From Eledone cirrhosa (taxonomy: Eukaryota), in assembly GCA_964016885.1 (NCBI GenBank), contig OZ024741.1:218736001-218800000 (forward strand): a stretch of 64,000 nucleotides of DNA, given 5' to 3'. Every line of letters begins with the position of its first letter. Position 1 is the first letter of the stretch. The position numbers were made by a program, and so were the translations under genes. The notes beneath the pieces were generated by a model. That model was not told the origin of the DNA, made no database searches, and worked only from the letters and a program-made list of their open reading frames with translations. This document shows positions 37,986 to 51,103 of the stretch, in pieces.

Positions 37986-39574
37986 TGATTATTATTAAAA
38001 ATAGAAATGGAAGCTTTCGCTGTATTTTTGACTTAAGAAATTTTAGCCTGATAGTGGTTATTAGAACCTTCAAAGAAATGGAAAAAGATGAGCATTGACG
38101 TACTTACTTGTCATTATTGTTATTATCATCATTATTATTATTATTATTACTATTATTTTATTGATATTATCATTGTTATTATTTTTGTTATTAATAACAT
38201 TATACAAGTATGGTATCTTGGGAAACCTGAAACTATTGCTGATGATAAAAAGTGCAGGACAAATAAGATTCAAAGAAAGATTAAATGTTAAATCAGAGTA
38301 GTGACCTGAAGCTCAACCATACACCACCACCACCATACACCATACACTACCACCACTATACACCACCACCACCACCATACATTACCACCACCACCACCAC
38401 CACCATACACTACCACCACCACCACCATACACTACCACCACCACCACCATACACTACCACCACCACCACCACCATACATTACCACCACCACCACCATACA
38501 GCACTATACACCAATACAACATCATGTTAAACACCTAAGACAACCCATACCTCTCCATCCCTCCACTCCATGTTACTCTGGGGGTCTCCAATAATCCCCC
38601 CCCACACCTGCTCTTATTCCACCCCTTTCCCCAGCTTATTAAATTTTACCTAATCTATCTCCAGTGGAATTCTATGTTAAGTAGCAGCGTTCCTGTGACA
38701 GTTAATTTACTTTAGACATTAAAAAACCTTATAGTTGACAAAAGAAGTACATTACTAGAAATCCCATATGTCATAAAATAAATGGGTTAGGGTCTCAATG
38801 TGTAAACTAAACAACTAATTCTGGTTTTATAAAAAAAATTAACGGAGACAACCTGGAAAAATTACTAATTTTCCAACTCCCCAGCTTATTCCACCCTCCC
38901 CCTATTATTTGGAGCCCCAGATTAAGCTATGACCTTCCCCTACCCCCTCTCTCTGTTACAGCAAGTGTTAAACAAGACATACCCCCTCCTCCTCTCTCAC
39001 TCACAACTAAGATATGACCCTCCCCCTCTCTCTCTCTCACACGCACTCACTCTCTTCCCCATCAGCATCACCACCACCATCATCACCTACATCACTGTCA
39101 TCATCACCATCATCATCATCACCATCTTCATCATCATCATCATCATAATGGTTTCTAAGTTGGGTGCAAGGCCAGCAATTTCCAGGGTAAGGAGAAGTTA
39201 ATAAATGAACCCCAGCACATGACTGGTACCCCCGAAAGGATGAAAGGCAAATTTGACCTCTGTGAGATTTGAGCCCAGGACATAAAACAAAAACAGCCTG
39301 ACCACAAAGTATATGAACTGATGCTCTACCGATCTTACCAAAACACTTTCTTCATTATAGTTGTTTCTACTTTTGGCACAAGGCCAAGAATTCTTTTTTT
39401 TGTGGGGGAGGAGAAAGTAGATTAAATCAACTCCAGTGTATTACTGGTACTTTATTTTATTGAGCTCTTAAAGATGAAAGGTTAAGTAACAGATATCATA
39501 GATTAAATCTAAGTAGTCATAACTGACAGACAGACAGATGTTATGGTACCTCCAGTATAATCAACACAAAACAC

Positions 39575-40750
39575 AGTGGTGGTGGAGGTGACGATGGTAG
39601 TGGTGGAGGCGGTGGTGGTGGTGGCGGCGGTGGTGGTGGTGGTGATGGTGACGATAGTGGTGGTGACGATAGTGGTGGTGGTGGTGGTAGTGGTGGTGGC
39701 GGTGGCGGTGGCGGCCGTGGTGGTGGTGGTGGTGGTGGTGGTGACAGTGGTGGCGGCCGTGGTGGTGGTGGTGGTGACAGTGGTGGCGGCGGTGGTGGTG
39801 GCGGTGATGGTGGTGGTAGTGGCGGTGGTGGTAGTGGTGGTGGTGGTGGTAGTGATGGTGGTGATGGTGGTGTTGGTGGTGGTAGTGGCGGTGGTGGTAG
39901 TGGTGGTGGTGGTGATGGTGGTGGTAGTGGCGGTGGTGGTAGTGGTGGTGGTGGTGGTGATGATGGTGTTGGTGGTGGTAGTGGCGGTGGTGGTAGTGGT
40001 GGTGGTGGTGGTAGTGATGGTGGTGATGGTGGTGTTGGTGGTGGTAGTGGCGGTGGTGGTAGTGGTGGTGGTGGTGATGGTGGTGGTAGTGGCGGTGGTG
40101 GTAGTGGTGGTGGTGGTGGTAGTGATGGTGGTGATGGTGGTGTTGGTGGTGGTAGTGGCGGTGGTGGTGGTGGTGGTGGTAGTGATGGTGGTGATGGTGG
40201 TGTTGGTGGTGGTAGTGGTGGTGGTGGTGATGGTGGTGGTAGTGGCGGTGGTGGTAGTGGTGGTGGTGGTGGTAGTGATGGTGGTGATGGTGGTGTTGGT
40301 GGTGGTAGTGGCGGTGGTGGTAGTGGTGGTGGTGGTGATGGTGGTGGTAGTGGCGGTGGTGGTAGTGGTGGTGGTGGTGGTGGTAGTGATGGTGGTGATG
40401 GTGGTGGTAGTGGCAGTGGTGGTAGTGGTGGTGGTGGTGGTGGTGATGATGGTGTTGGTGGTGGTAGTGGCGGTGGTGGTAGTGGTGGTGGTGGTGATGG
40501 TGGTGACGGTGGTGGTGGTAGTGGTGGTGACGGTGGTGGTGGTAGTGGTGGTGGTGGTAGTGGTGGTAGTGGTAGTGGTGGTGGTGATGATGGTGGTGGT
40601 GGTAATGGTGGTGATGTTGGTGGTGGTGGTGGTAATGGTAATGGCAGTGGTGGTGGTATTGATGTTGGTGGTGGTGGTGATGTTGGTGGTGGTGGTGGTA
40701 ATGGTAATGGCAGTGGTGGTGGTATTGATGTTGGTGATGTTGGTGGTGGG
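39575..40750. repeat. (GGT)n-rich array with higher-order GGC/AGT/GAT pattern
   Basis: Direct reading. Confidence 0.95.
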
Positions 40751-40898
40751 CGTAAGGGTAGTTGGAGGTGGTGTAGGTTGCTGGGTGTATGTTGGTTCTT
40801 ATGAATGTAGATAGATGTGTATGTGTGTGTTTGTGTGTGGGTTTATGTGTGTGTGTGTGTGTTTGTGTGTGTGAATGCGTGTGTATCTGTGTGTGTGA

Positions 40899-41190
40899 AG
40901 GCACATGGTTTAATAAGTAGGGTGTTTGGCTGGCTGCTAATCTTAAGGTTGTGAGTTCGATTCCAGGGGCCAAGTTGTGTCCTTGAGCAAGACACTTTAT
41001 TTCACATCACCCCAGACAAATGAGGTGTACCTGTAATTTAAAAGGTCGGTCTTCTCACACTGAATCTCCCTGAGAACTACAATAAGGGTACGCGTGTTTG
41101 TGGAATGCTCAGCCACTTACACGTTGATTTCTCCAACAAGCAGTTCTGTTGGTCATACAAGTGAAACACTCATCGTCAGAACTGACAGAG
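40899..41190 (+). mobile_element. tRNA-derived CORE-like SINE (S2-related, different tail)
   Basis: GAGTTCGATTCC B box, TTGTGTCCTTGAGCAAGACACTTTATTTCAC block. Confidence 0.7.
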
Positions 41191-41199
41191 ATACAGTAA

Positions 41200-42061
41200 C
41201 GAGTGTGTATGTGTGTATGTGGGTGTATGTATATGGTTGTGTATGTGTGTGTATGTATGTGTAAGTGTGTGTATGTGTGTGTGTGTGTATAGGTGTATGT
41301 GTGTGTATGTATGTGTAAGTGTGTGTATGTGTGTGTGTATAGGTGTGTGTGTATGTATGGTTGTGTATCTGTGTGTATGTGTGTGCATGTGTGTGTATGT
41401 GGGTGTATGAGTGTATGTGGATGTATGTTTGTGTATGTTTGTGTATGTTTTTTGTATGTGTATGTATGTGTGTATTTATGTATGTGGATGTATGTTTGTG
41501 TATGTGCGTAAGTGCATATGAACATGTGTGTATGTATATGTGTATGTGTGTATATATATATACCTGATTGAGTGTGTGTATGAATGTCTGTGTATACATG
41601 AATATGTGTACATCTGTATGTATGTGTGTATGTGCGTGTGAGTGTGTATGAATGTATGTGTGTATGTATGACTATGTGTATGTGTATGAATATGTGTATA
41701 TATATGTATGAATATGTATGTGTGTGTATGAATGCCTGTGTGCCCATGTGTATGTATGAATGAATGAATGTATGTGTGCACAAGTGCCAGTGTGTATGTA
41801 TGAATGTATGTGTGTATCAGTGAGTGTGTATCAGTGAGTGTGTATCAGTGAGTGTGTATGAATATGTGTATATATGTATGTGTGTATATATGCCTGAATG
41901 TGTGTGTATGAATGTCTGTGTGCACATGTACGCTTGTGTATGTATGAATGTGTGTGTGTGTGTGTGTATGTATGAACGTGTGTGTGTGTATGGATGGTTG
42001 TGTGGGTGTGTATGGATGGATGTGTGTATGGATGAATGTATATGTGTGTATGGATGGATGT

Positions 42062-42094
<33 letters not shown>

Positions 42095-42095
42095 C
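41200..42095. repeat. (TG/TA) degenerate microsatellite
   Basis: Direct reading. Confidence 0.9.
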
Positions 42096-43449
42096 ACAGG
42101 CTAGCATGCGTAAACAGATTTAGTCAGTAAAATGTACAGCAGCAACAATAGCCAGAGCTTTCTATTAAATTAATTAATCCAGCCATTATGAGAAAATAGC
42201 AATTAGGAAACTACTTGGCATCATCACCATCATCGTCACAATCATCATCATCACCAACACCATCATCATCACCAACATCATCATCACCATCGCCAACATC
42301 ACCATCATCAACATCATCACCATCATCATTGTCACCATCATCACCATCATCATTGTCACCATCATCATTGTCACCATCATCACTGTCACCAACATCACTG
42401 TCATCATCACCATCACTATCATTATCATCACCACCATCGCCATCATCACCACCATCGCCATCATCATCATCATCATTATATACCACCAAAACAAAAGCTC
42501 AAGCTATCATCAGCACATTAAGTCACACACATGCATGCATACATACACACACACACAGATACACATATATCAACTCACACAACCATGCTCTCACACACGC
42601 GCACACACACACACACACACACATGAACTCGCAGTAGCATTCTCACGCACTAGCATGCTCACACATACACACAAACACCTCCCCCACAAAACACATGAAC
42701 TTACTCAGAAGCCAACAAAGGAGACTATAGAGTTAGTCAACTTGCTAGAAATAGTAGCTAAATTTCCCATATATCACAACCTACCTTCTTATAAAAGGAA
42801 GGACACATTGTGTCATTGATATACAAAGAAACAGGTTAGTCATGGCTGGAACGCCTTTGATCACAGACTTTCTGGATCTGAACTGACCTAGGGCTAAACA
42901 GTCAAAATTAGTAGAGAAGGAAGACAAAATAATTGTTTCTACTTTTGGCTCAAGGCTAGCAATTATCCCAGTGTATTACTGGTACTTTATTTTATCGACC
43001 CCCGTAAGGATGAAAGTAAAAGTTAACCTCGGCGGGATTTGAACTCAGAGTTAGCTAATTACATATCAACATCATCATCATCATCATCATCGTCATCATC
43101 ATTTAACGTCCATTTTTCCTCACCAGCATGGGTTAGACGAGTTGTCCTCTTGTGAATCAAGTCAGATCCGATGACCATGTCTTGCTCATAAAGAACTGTT
43201 TCTGGCTTGGTTTCTATAGCTGGGTGCCCTTCTTAATGCCAACCATATTTACAGTGTGGGCTGGGTACTTTTATCATAGCACCAAAGCAACCACTTTACA
43301 TCATGGACTGGGTGCTATTTGTCATGACACCTACACAACTACTTTACAGTGGAAACATGTATCTTGTTGGACACAGTTTGATCAAGTTGATCCTCTGAAT
43401 CAATGAAACATATGTCCTTGGTATGGCTTTAATAATTATATATGTATGA

Positions 43450-46003
43450 AAGTCCCCTCAACCAGTAACTGATTTAAAGATATTTTACTCAACGCCTACG
43501 ACAGTAAAGAAAAACAGATAGAGACATTTAATGTAGAAGAGAACTGGGAGTTCCTAAAAAATAACTTACTAGAGGGGACGGATGAGGTTTGTGGCTGGAG
43601 TAAGACCTCAAGCAGGAGGAGAGTGACTTGGTGGTGGAACAATAAGGTAGATGAAGCAGTCAAGGCCAAGAGACAGGCATGGAAAGAATGGAAGAACGGG
43701 GGGAGCAGGGTACATTACATAGAGACCAAGAGGGAAGCTAGGCGACAAGTATACTTAGCTAGGAGGGAAGCAGAGGATAGAAAATTCAAGCATGTTTTAC
43801 AACGTGAGGACCAGAAACAGGAGGTATTCAAGATTGCGAGGCAGTGTGTCAGAGATAGTTGTGATGTCATTGGAGAGAAGTGTGTCCGGAATGATAAAGG
43901 TGAGCTTGCCCTCACAAGTGCTGAGAAGAAAGATGCATGGAAGAGTCATTATGATAGATTACTAAATGAGGAGAATGCATGGGAAGAAGAGACCCTACCC
44001 CACGTAGACCCTATAGAGGGACCAGCAGTACAAGTCAGCGGCAGCGTAGTAAGTAAGGCAATCAGAGATATGAAGATAGGGAAGGCTACCGGTCCATCAG
44101 GTATAGCTGCCGAGATGCTGAAGGCATCTGGGTCTGTAGGTCACACTATAACCACACGTATCGTTAACCAGGTAATACTAGAAGGGGCCATACCAAAAGA
44201 TTGGTGCAGTAGCATCATTGTCAACTGCTACAAAGGTAAAGGCGATGCACTAGATAGAGGAAACTATAGAGGTATAAAGTTGATGGACCAGGTCATGAAA
44301 GTAACAGAAAGAGTTATAGCACAGCTGATTAGGGACCGGGTGAATATAGACGAGATGCAATTTGGGTTTGTACCAGGGAAAGGCACCACTGATGCCCTCT
44401 TCCTTGTGAGGCAATTACAGGAAAAGTACCTAGCTAAAAGTAAGCCACTCTACTTGGCATTTGTCGACCTTGAGAAAGCCTTTGACAGAGTTCCACGTGC
44501 AGTAATCTGGTGGGCTCTTAGAAAACTAGGAGTAGATGAATGGCTTGTGAAAGCGGTACAAGCCATGTATAGGGGAGCAGTCAGCAAAGTTAGGATTGGC
44601 AATGAGTATAGGGAGGAATTTAGTGTACAGGTTGGGGTCCACCAGGGCTCTGTTCTTAGCCCTCTCCTGTTCATCATAGTCCTGCAGGCAATAACGGAGG
44701 AGTTTAAAACCGGATGCCCATGGGAACTCCTGTATGCTGATAACCTCGCACTCATAGCTGAATCTATGGTAGAACTAGAGAATAAATTCCAAACCTGGAA
44801 GCAGGGACTAGAGAGAAAGGGCATCAAAGTCAACATGACAAAGACTAAGGTCCTTGTAAGTAGACGAGAAAACAGAACCCAGATCCCCTCAGGGAAATGA
44901 CCTTGCTCAGTATGCAGGAAAGGTGTAGGTAGGAACTCCATTCTCTGCCCCAAATGCAAAGAATGGGTACACAAGAGATGTAGCGGGATCTCAGGAAGCT
45001 TAATTAAGAATGTAGGATTCACATGCAGCAGCTGTGCTGAAACAGCAAGCAAACAGCCACAGGAAACAAGTACCACCAATCTCTGGGAGGGCCCTGTAGA
45101 AACAGTAGACAGCTTCTGCTACCTAGGTAACCGAATTAGCAACGGAGGTGGGTGCTCAGAAAGTACAATAACTAGGGTAAGAACGGGATGGAAGAAGTTT
45201 AGGGAACTACTACCACTGCTAGCTGCAAAAGGCTTCTCCCTCAGAATGAAAGGCAGACTGTATGATGCGTGTATCCGAACAGCGATGTTGCATGGTAGTG
45301 AGACCTGGGCGCTGAAGGTGGAAGACTTACGTAGATTAGAGAGAAACGAAGCCTGCATGCTCCGATGGATGTGTAACAGTAATATACGTGAACGACAAAG
45401 CATAAAGGAATTGAGAGAGAGACTGAGCATAAGAGGAATCAAATGCTGCGTGCAGGAGAGGCGGTTACGCTGGTATGGACATGTGATGCGTATGAAGGAT
45501 GACAGCTGCATAAAAAGGTGCAGAGCACTAGAAGTTGATGGAAACCGCGGAGTGGGGAGACCCAAGATGACTTGGGATGAGGTGATAAAAGCCGATCTTA
45601 CCCAACTACACCTCTCAAAGTCAATGACACACGACCGTGACTTCTGGCGTCACGCAGTAATACAGGGTACCCGACCTCCCATGGGTACATGCTGAAGCAT
45701 ATAAACAATATGCCCCCACTCCCCCCACCGCAAGGTGGTCGTGGAGGTGCCACGGCAAAAAAGCACCCAGCCCACACTGTAAAGTGGACGTGTAGGCGCC
45801 ACGAAAAAGCACCCAGCACTCACTGTAAATGAGGTTGGTGTTAGGAAGGGCATCCAGCTGTAGAAATCAAGCCAGATCAGTTCCTGTATGAGCAAGGCAT
45901 GGTCAGCCGACCAGACACTGCCCACAACAGGACAACCCGTCTAACCCATGCTAGCGTGGAAGAACGGACGTAAAACGGTGATGATGATGATGATGATGAT
46001 GAT
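43450..46003 (+). mobile_element. Longest RTE LINE copy (2.55 kb, 5'-truncated, inactive)
   Basis: KGKGD..DRGNYRGIKL, QFGF, FVDLEKAFDRV, GVHQGSVLSPLLF, YADN (YADD mutated), TGA for Trp at 44898, PHD finger, KGRLYDAC, RWYGHV, GRPK; 3'UTR and (GAT)n; no APE endonuclease. Confidence 0.95.
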
Positions 46004-46019
46004 ATTTAATATAGAGAAG

Positions 46020-46068
46020 GCTTCTACAGGACTAGAACTGTTTCATTCAGGAGAAATCATCAGGAAGC
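46020..46068 (-). ncRNA. Type I hammerhead ribozyme (left arm)
   Basis: GCTTC-CTGATGA-tTTCtcctGAAt-GAAA-CAGttctagtcCTG-TA/GAAGC. Confidence 0.75.
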
Positions 46069-46074
46069 AGGTCA

Positions 46075-46123
46075 GCTTCCTGATGATTTCTCCCGAATGA
46101 AACAGTTCTAGTCCTGTAGAAGC
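46075..46123 (+). ncRNA. Type I hammerhead ribozyme (right arm)
   Basis: GCTTC-CTGATGA-tTTCtcccGAAt-GAAA-CAGttctagtcCTG-TA/GAAGC; all three helices present, GUA site, predicted cut after 46118. Confidence 0.78.
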
Positions 46124-46438
46124 CTATTCTATATCAAATATTTATACTCTGCTATGTATTGAGTACCTTACTTACTGTGGTTACCCCTGATTGAACCAGA
46201 GATAAACTTATATATGTATATATATATATAAATGTATATATACATGTGTGTGTGTGTATCATCATCATCATCGCTGTGTAACAAGGTTGGATATTTAAAT
46301 CACAATACAGGTACAGTCCATCACTCACAAGGCAAGGGTCAACCCAAGACTACGGTAACTATACATGCACCTTTGATGAATTGTAGTGTACCTGAGCACT
46401 GTACACAATAATTTCATTATTATTATTCATCATTATTA

Positions 46439-46635
46439 TGGTGGATTGGCAGTATCGGTAGAGGGTCGGACACCATGCTTTGATGCATAGAGTTACGGTC
46501 CCTGCTATTCCGAGTTCAAATCCCACCGAGGCTAACTTTACCTTTCATTCTTACGGAGTCGATCAAATAAAGTACCAGTAATGCACTGGTTAATTGCTGG
46601 CCTTGTGCCAAAAGTAGAAACAATTATTATTATTA
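46439..46635 (+). mobile_element. SINE family S1 full copy
   Basis: As above. Confidence 0.85.
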
Positions 46636-47604
46636 TAACACTTGTTCAAGATGTCACATAGTGGTATCAAACTGAGGACTAAAGATTATCAAGTGAACAC
46701 CCTAACCATTTGGCTACACTCTATACCCAGACAGTATCTATATTAACATATGTTACTGACACAATTATATGTTTACAATCGTTGGTTTATCTTTTAAAAT
46801 AAAAATCATGTTTATCTCTTCAATTCTACTTTACTTTCAATCTGTTTTATTATTTTTATTGTGGGACTTAACAGCTGCAGCTTGGGGCATCACATGGCTG
46901 TTTTTTTCTCTTTATTTTCAAACACAACACAGACAATGCTGTTATTACTATTGCTGTTGTTCTTGGTATTGTTGTTGTTATTTGGAGATGACTGATTATT
47001 GCTGACTTGGGGAACAGCTGTTATCATGTGTGACACTGAAAATGGAGAGGTTATAATAACAACAACAACAATAATGATAATGATTTCTAATTTATGCATA
47101 AGGCCAGCAATTTATGGAGAAGGAAAGTTAATTAAATCGACTCAAATACTTAAGTGGTACATTTTTTATCGACCCCAGAAGGATGAAAGGTCGAGATCAG
47201 TTTTACCATATGTATCATCATTATCTTTGCCTTTCATCCTTACGAGGTCGATAAAATAAAGTACCAGTAATACACTGGGTAATTGCTGGCCTTGTGCCAA
47301 AAGTAGAAACAATTATCTATAAAAGTTGTGTGTGTGTGCATGTTCCATGTTTATATATTTGTACAATTTCAAACCGATTCGACTCAAAGTCTGTAAGAAT
47401 GTTGTATATGGTCAAACTTAGGTCTACGACTATTTATTTCATTCAAACTCACCCACAATTACGATAAAACTAAACACATGACGCTTTACCCCTCTAATAC
47501 AATCTGATACCTCTCTGTACTCCCCTTAAAATTCGATAAAACTACATACATGCTGCAACTTTCTCTTATATACGCTTAAACTTACAAACTTGCTTTAGGA
47601 ACGC

Positions 47605-47669
<65 letters not shown>

Positions 47670-47861
47670 TTTGTGTTTGAGTGTGGGATGGTCAAACATT
47701 TATTTACTTCAATGACAGAGAACTTATTACATTTCATACGAAACAACAATTATTCAAAAGCAACAGATAAATTTATTCAACAACAACAAAAAATAGCGAT
47801 AAATCTTTTTTAAAACATCTCTCAACGAACGTGGAAGAAAGAAGTATCAGTTTATTTACTA

Positions 47862-49175
47862 TTAGCAGAAGTGCCCGGCATTGCTCGGGGCTGGGGAACT
47901 GATGTATTATAATGAATATTCCATCTCGCTTGGTTTGCAGGCCTGGTGTGTCATGGTCTCTGTTAACTACGGTATATATAATCTGGTTGCAGCTAGAAAA
48001 ATAGACATACCGCAGCAGGGTTTGTACCTACATAGGTGATCCCCTGTCTATTTGACTTTCGCCTGACCTAACTGAGGTCGTAGGTGAAAGGGATAGGATC
48101 AATCACTTTTTGACAGGACAAAGAAAACGTTTGTTGGTGCCTGTTTATGTCGTGGTTTTGGGTTCAATCCCTAATTTTTTTTATTCCTTACTGAAAGTAC
48201 TTAATGAACCTGTGAACGCCCCTAGCAGTTAAGAATGAGAAATTGAATTGTTTCTGGCGCGATTGTACTCTCGTCATTGTTAACGAAAACTACATTGAAA
48301 CACGCACACGTGTGTATTGACGGTAATACACACACACATGCTAACGGCGACATAACATTTACCGGTTATATAACATCGTACTGACTACATAGCCTTTTAC
48401 CTGCTATATAGCTTTACCGGCTACATAATGAATACCGGTTACGCAATTGATCTTGTTGTTTAAGGAAGTCTGCGAATAGTGTTTTAAAAAATTATTTGTT
48501 AACTCACATGATGTGAAATGGAAGGGTAGTATTATCGCCATGAAGATTAACAACCGAAAATGAAAATAATTATGTCGTTTGATTTTACGATTGAAAGAAA
48601 ATAATTGTCGCAAATTAGAATTTTTATTTGTTAATGAAGTGTGTATGTGTGGTTAAAAATCCGGCACGTGGTTAAATTGATTTAAAGTTTAATTATTCAT
48701 TTGATGTGAGTGTGTGTTTGTATGTGTTTGCAAATAAATAAATCAGTTTGAAGACTCACATTTAGAATAAACGAAATTGTACGTTAATGTGGCTAATGTT
48801 TTTGTTGTTTAGTCTGTAAAGTGTATGAGTGAGAGAGTAAAACGGACAGTATCACCATCAACATGAACAATGTAAAATGAAAAGAATAGTTGTTTCAGCT
48901 TGGAAAGAGAAAGTAGCAGAAAGTATGAAGTTGTATAGATTTTTAAGGGTAATGGAAAGTATTTAGCAGTTGAAATGAGAGAGTCAAAATCGTAAAATAT
49001 TGAGTTTTATCGATATTTTTGCGTAATTGTGGGTGAAATTGAAAAAATTATATGTGCCAAGACCCAATCGAAGCTATTTCGAATACTGAATTGTAAATTT
49101 CAATTGAAGAAATTCTATATCGTAGATTTCTATAACAAAGAAACATGACCATACACTGAGCTTTATAGATTATGA
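47862..49175 (-). mobile_element. Non-autonomous Helitron-like element (~1.3 kb)
   Basis: Minus strand begins A/TC (at 49175 or 49169) and ends CCCGAGCAATGCCGGG hairpin plus CACTTCTG-CTAA/T (CTRR, between A and T, no TSD); no ORF. Confidence 0.65.
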
Positions 49176-49185
49176 TACACAATAA

Positions 49186-49370
49186 TATCTTCTATGAGAT
49201 CACTAAACCTGCTAGAAACAGCAGCTAACTCTCCCCCATATCACACCACTCCCTACTGTCTTAAATTTAGAAAACATATCCTCTATGAGGTCACTAAACC
49301 TGCTAGAAACAGCAGCTAACTCTCCCCCATAACACACTCCTCCCTACTGTCTTAAATTTAGAAAACATAC
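49186..49370. repeat. ~91-bp tandem duplication of a dispersed repeat fragment
   Basis: CTATGAG.TCACTAAACCTGCTAGAAACAGCAGCTAAC twice; related sequence at ~42720-42800. Confidence 0.8.
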
Positions 49371-49374
49371 ATTA

Positions 49375-49642
49375 GACAAACATGCAGAACAACTCCATCG
49401 CAGCTCTGTTGTTCAGCTGGCATCGTCTACGCGCATGTTGCGCAAGTACTGTGAAACAATAAATTTCAATCCATAGGCGAAACTACAATTGTCACTGCTG
49501 GCGCAGCTCCTGCTTCGGCAGTCCAGGTCTGCAATTCATTTACCCAGTGCCTGGCAGACAAAAAAGTGCTGCCATAAAATGGGTGGTGCAACCTAACTTT
49601 GGTAACTTACTGACCCCGAGCAACGCCGGGCTTTAATGCTAG
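49375..49642 (+). mobile_element. Helitron-like 3' terminal fragment
   Basis: CCCGAGCAACGCCGGG hairpin then CTTTAATG-CTAG/T; left boundary approximate. Confidence 0.65.
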
Positions 49643-49928
49643 TATATATATATATATAGGTGTGTGTGTATATATGAGTGTGTGTAGGTTTGGCCATATG
49701 ATTAAGGTATTTGCTATGCAGCCACGTAGTTCTGGGTTAAATCCTATAGTGTAACACCTTGGGCAAATATCTTCCATTACACCTTTGGGTTCAACAATGC
49801 CTCATGAGCGGAGTTTGGTTGACAGAAACTGCAGAAGTTCATTATATACATACATATTATTTAAAAGGTAAACAGAAATAACAACACAATCGGTATAGGC
49901 AGGGTGGAATCGGAAATATATATATAAA

Positions 49929-50394
49929 TGGAAGCCGTGGAGTGGGGAGACACAAGAAGACCTGGGATGCGGTGATAAAAGCCAACCTTACCCAATTGCA
50001 CCTCTCAAGGGCGATGAGAGATGACCAGGACCTCTGGCGTTACGCAGTAATACAGAAGACCCTACTTCCCACGGGTACAAGCCGAAGCTGAAGCATATAG
50101 ACAATATTCACCCAACCCCTCCCACTGCAAAGTGGTCATGGGGGTGCCACAGCAAAAAAGCCCCCAGCCCACACTGTAAAGTGGTTATGTAGGTGCAATG
50201 GAAAAAAGCATCCAGCACTCATTGTAAATGAGGTTGGTGTTAGGAAGAGCATCCAGCTGTAGAAATCAAGCCAAAATCAATTTCCGTATGAGCAAGAGAA
50301 GATCAGCCGACCGGACACTGCCCACAACAGGACAACCCATTTAACCCATGCTAGCGTGGAAGAACGGCTGTAAAACGGTGATGATGATGATGAT
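49929..50394 (+). mobile_element. RTE LINE 3' end
   Basis: Matches 45540-46000. Confidence 0.88.
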
Positions 50395-51005
50395 ATATAG
50401 TTCAAGGAAACAACAAACAGGTATAAAACGACTTATTAGTTTCATACTTTATATGGAAAAGAAGAAAGAAAGTTTGGTGTGTTTATTTATTCTCCTCTCT
50501 GTGTCACCTTTTTCTGTGTGTCCACGAGTCTAACTGACCAAATCTGTCGTCACACATTGACATAAATGTTCAACATTTATGTATTTATGGACTTTGTCCT
50601 TGCCATGTAATTTCATGTAAATTTTGCTTCATTTCCTTTTATTTACTTTATCATTCATGTCTGTCTGTATTCCGAGTCAAATATACAGATATTCGTCTTG
50701 TTCTTTGTCTTGTAAAATGCTCCAAGACAGTGAATAACCATCTTGTTATAATTCCTGAATGAACCAGCAGTACTCTCAGTAGGGGTTGAAACTATATACA
50801 TATTATGACAGCTGATGACATGACAAAGAAACAACATCTTCCGAGGAAGTTTTCAATGTTTTCAAGTTTTTAGAGGTTTTAATACTGTCTGAAAATCTCA
50901 GGCTGTCAAAATTAATAGTCCTCAGCGAAATATGTATCACAGAGTTTTGAATAAACCTAAATCAATTGATTATGACCTCTGATCCTTTTAATACTATATC
51001 TCTAC

Positions 51006-51103
51006 GGCACATGGCTTAGTGGTTAGAGCATTGGGCTTGCAATCGAAAGGTTGCGAGTTCAATACTCGGACTGGGTGATGTGTTGTTTCCTTGAGCAAGA
51101 CAC
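51006..51103 (+). mobile_element. SINE family S2 head, interrupted by a Penelope fold-back
   Basis: Matches 9113-9212. Confidence 0.8.

Larger units (their letters stand above)
46004..46210. mobile_element. Fold-back hammerhead element, family B (~65-bp arms, 6-nt spacer, right-side extension)
   Basis: ~46004-46068 is the reverse complement of 46075-~46140. Confidence 0.8.

Noticed and set aside
43623-44900. Functional reverse transcriptase gene
   Set aside because: 5'-truncated with no endonuclease, YADD mutated to YADN, and a premature stop at 44898
50811-50840. CTGATGA...GAAA hammerhead-like match
   Set aside because: No helix II or helix I pairing; chance match
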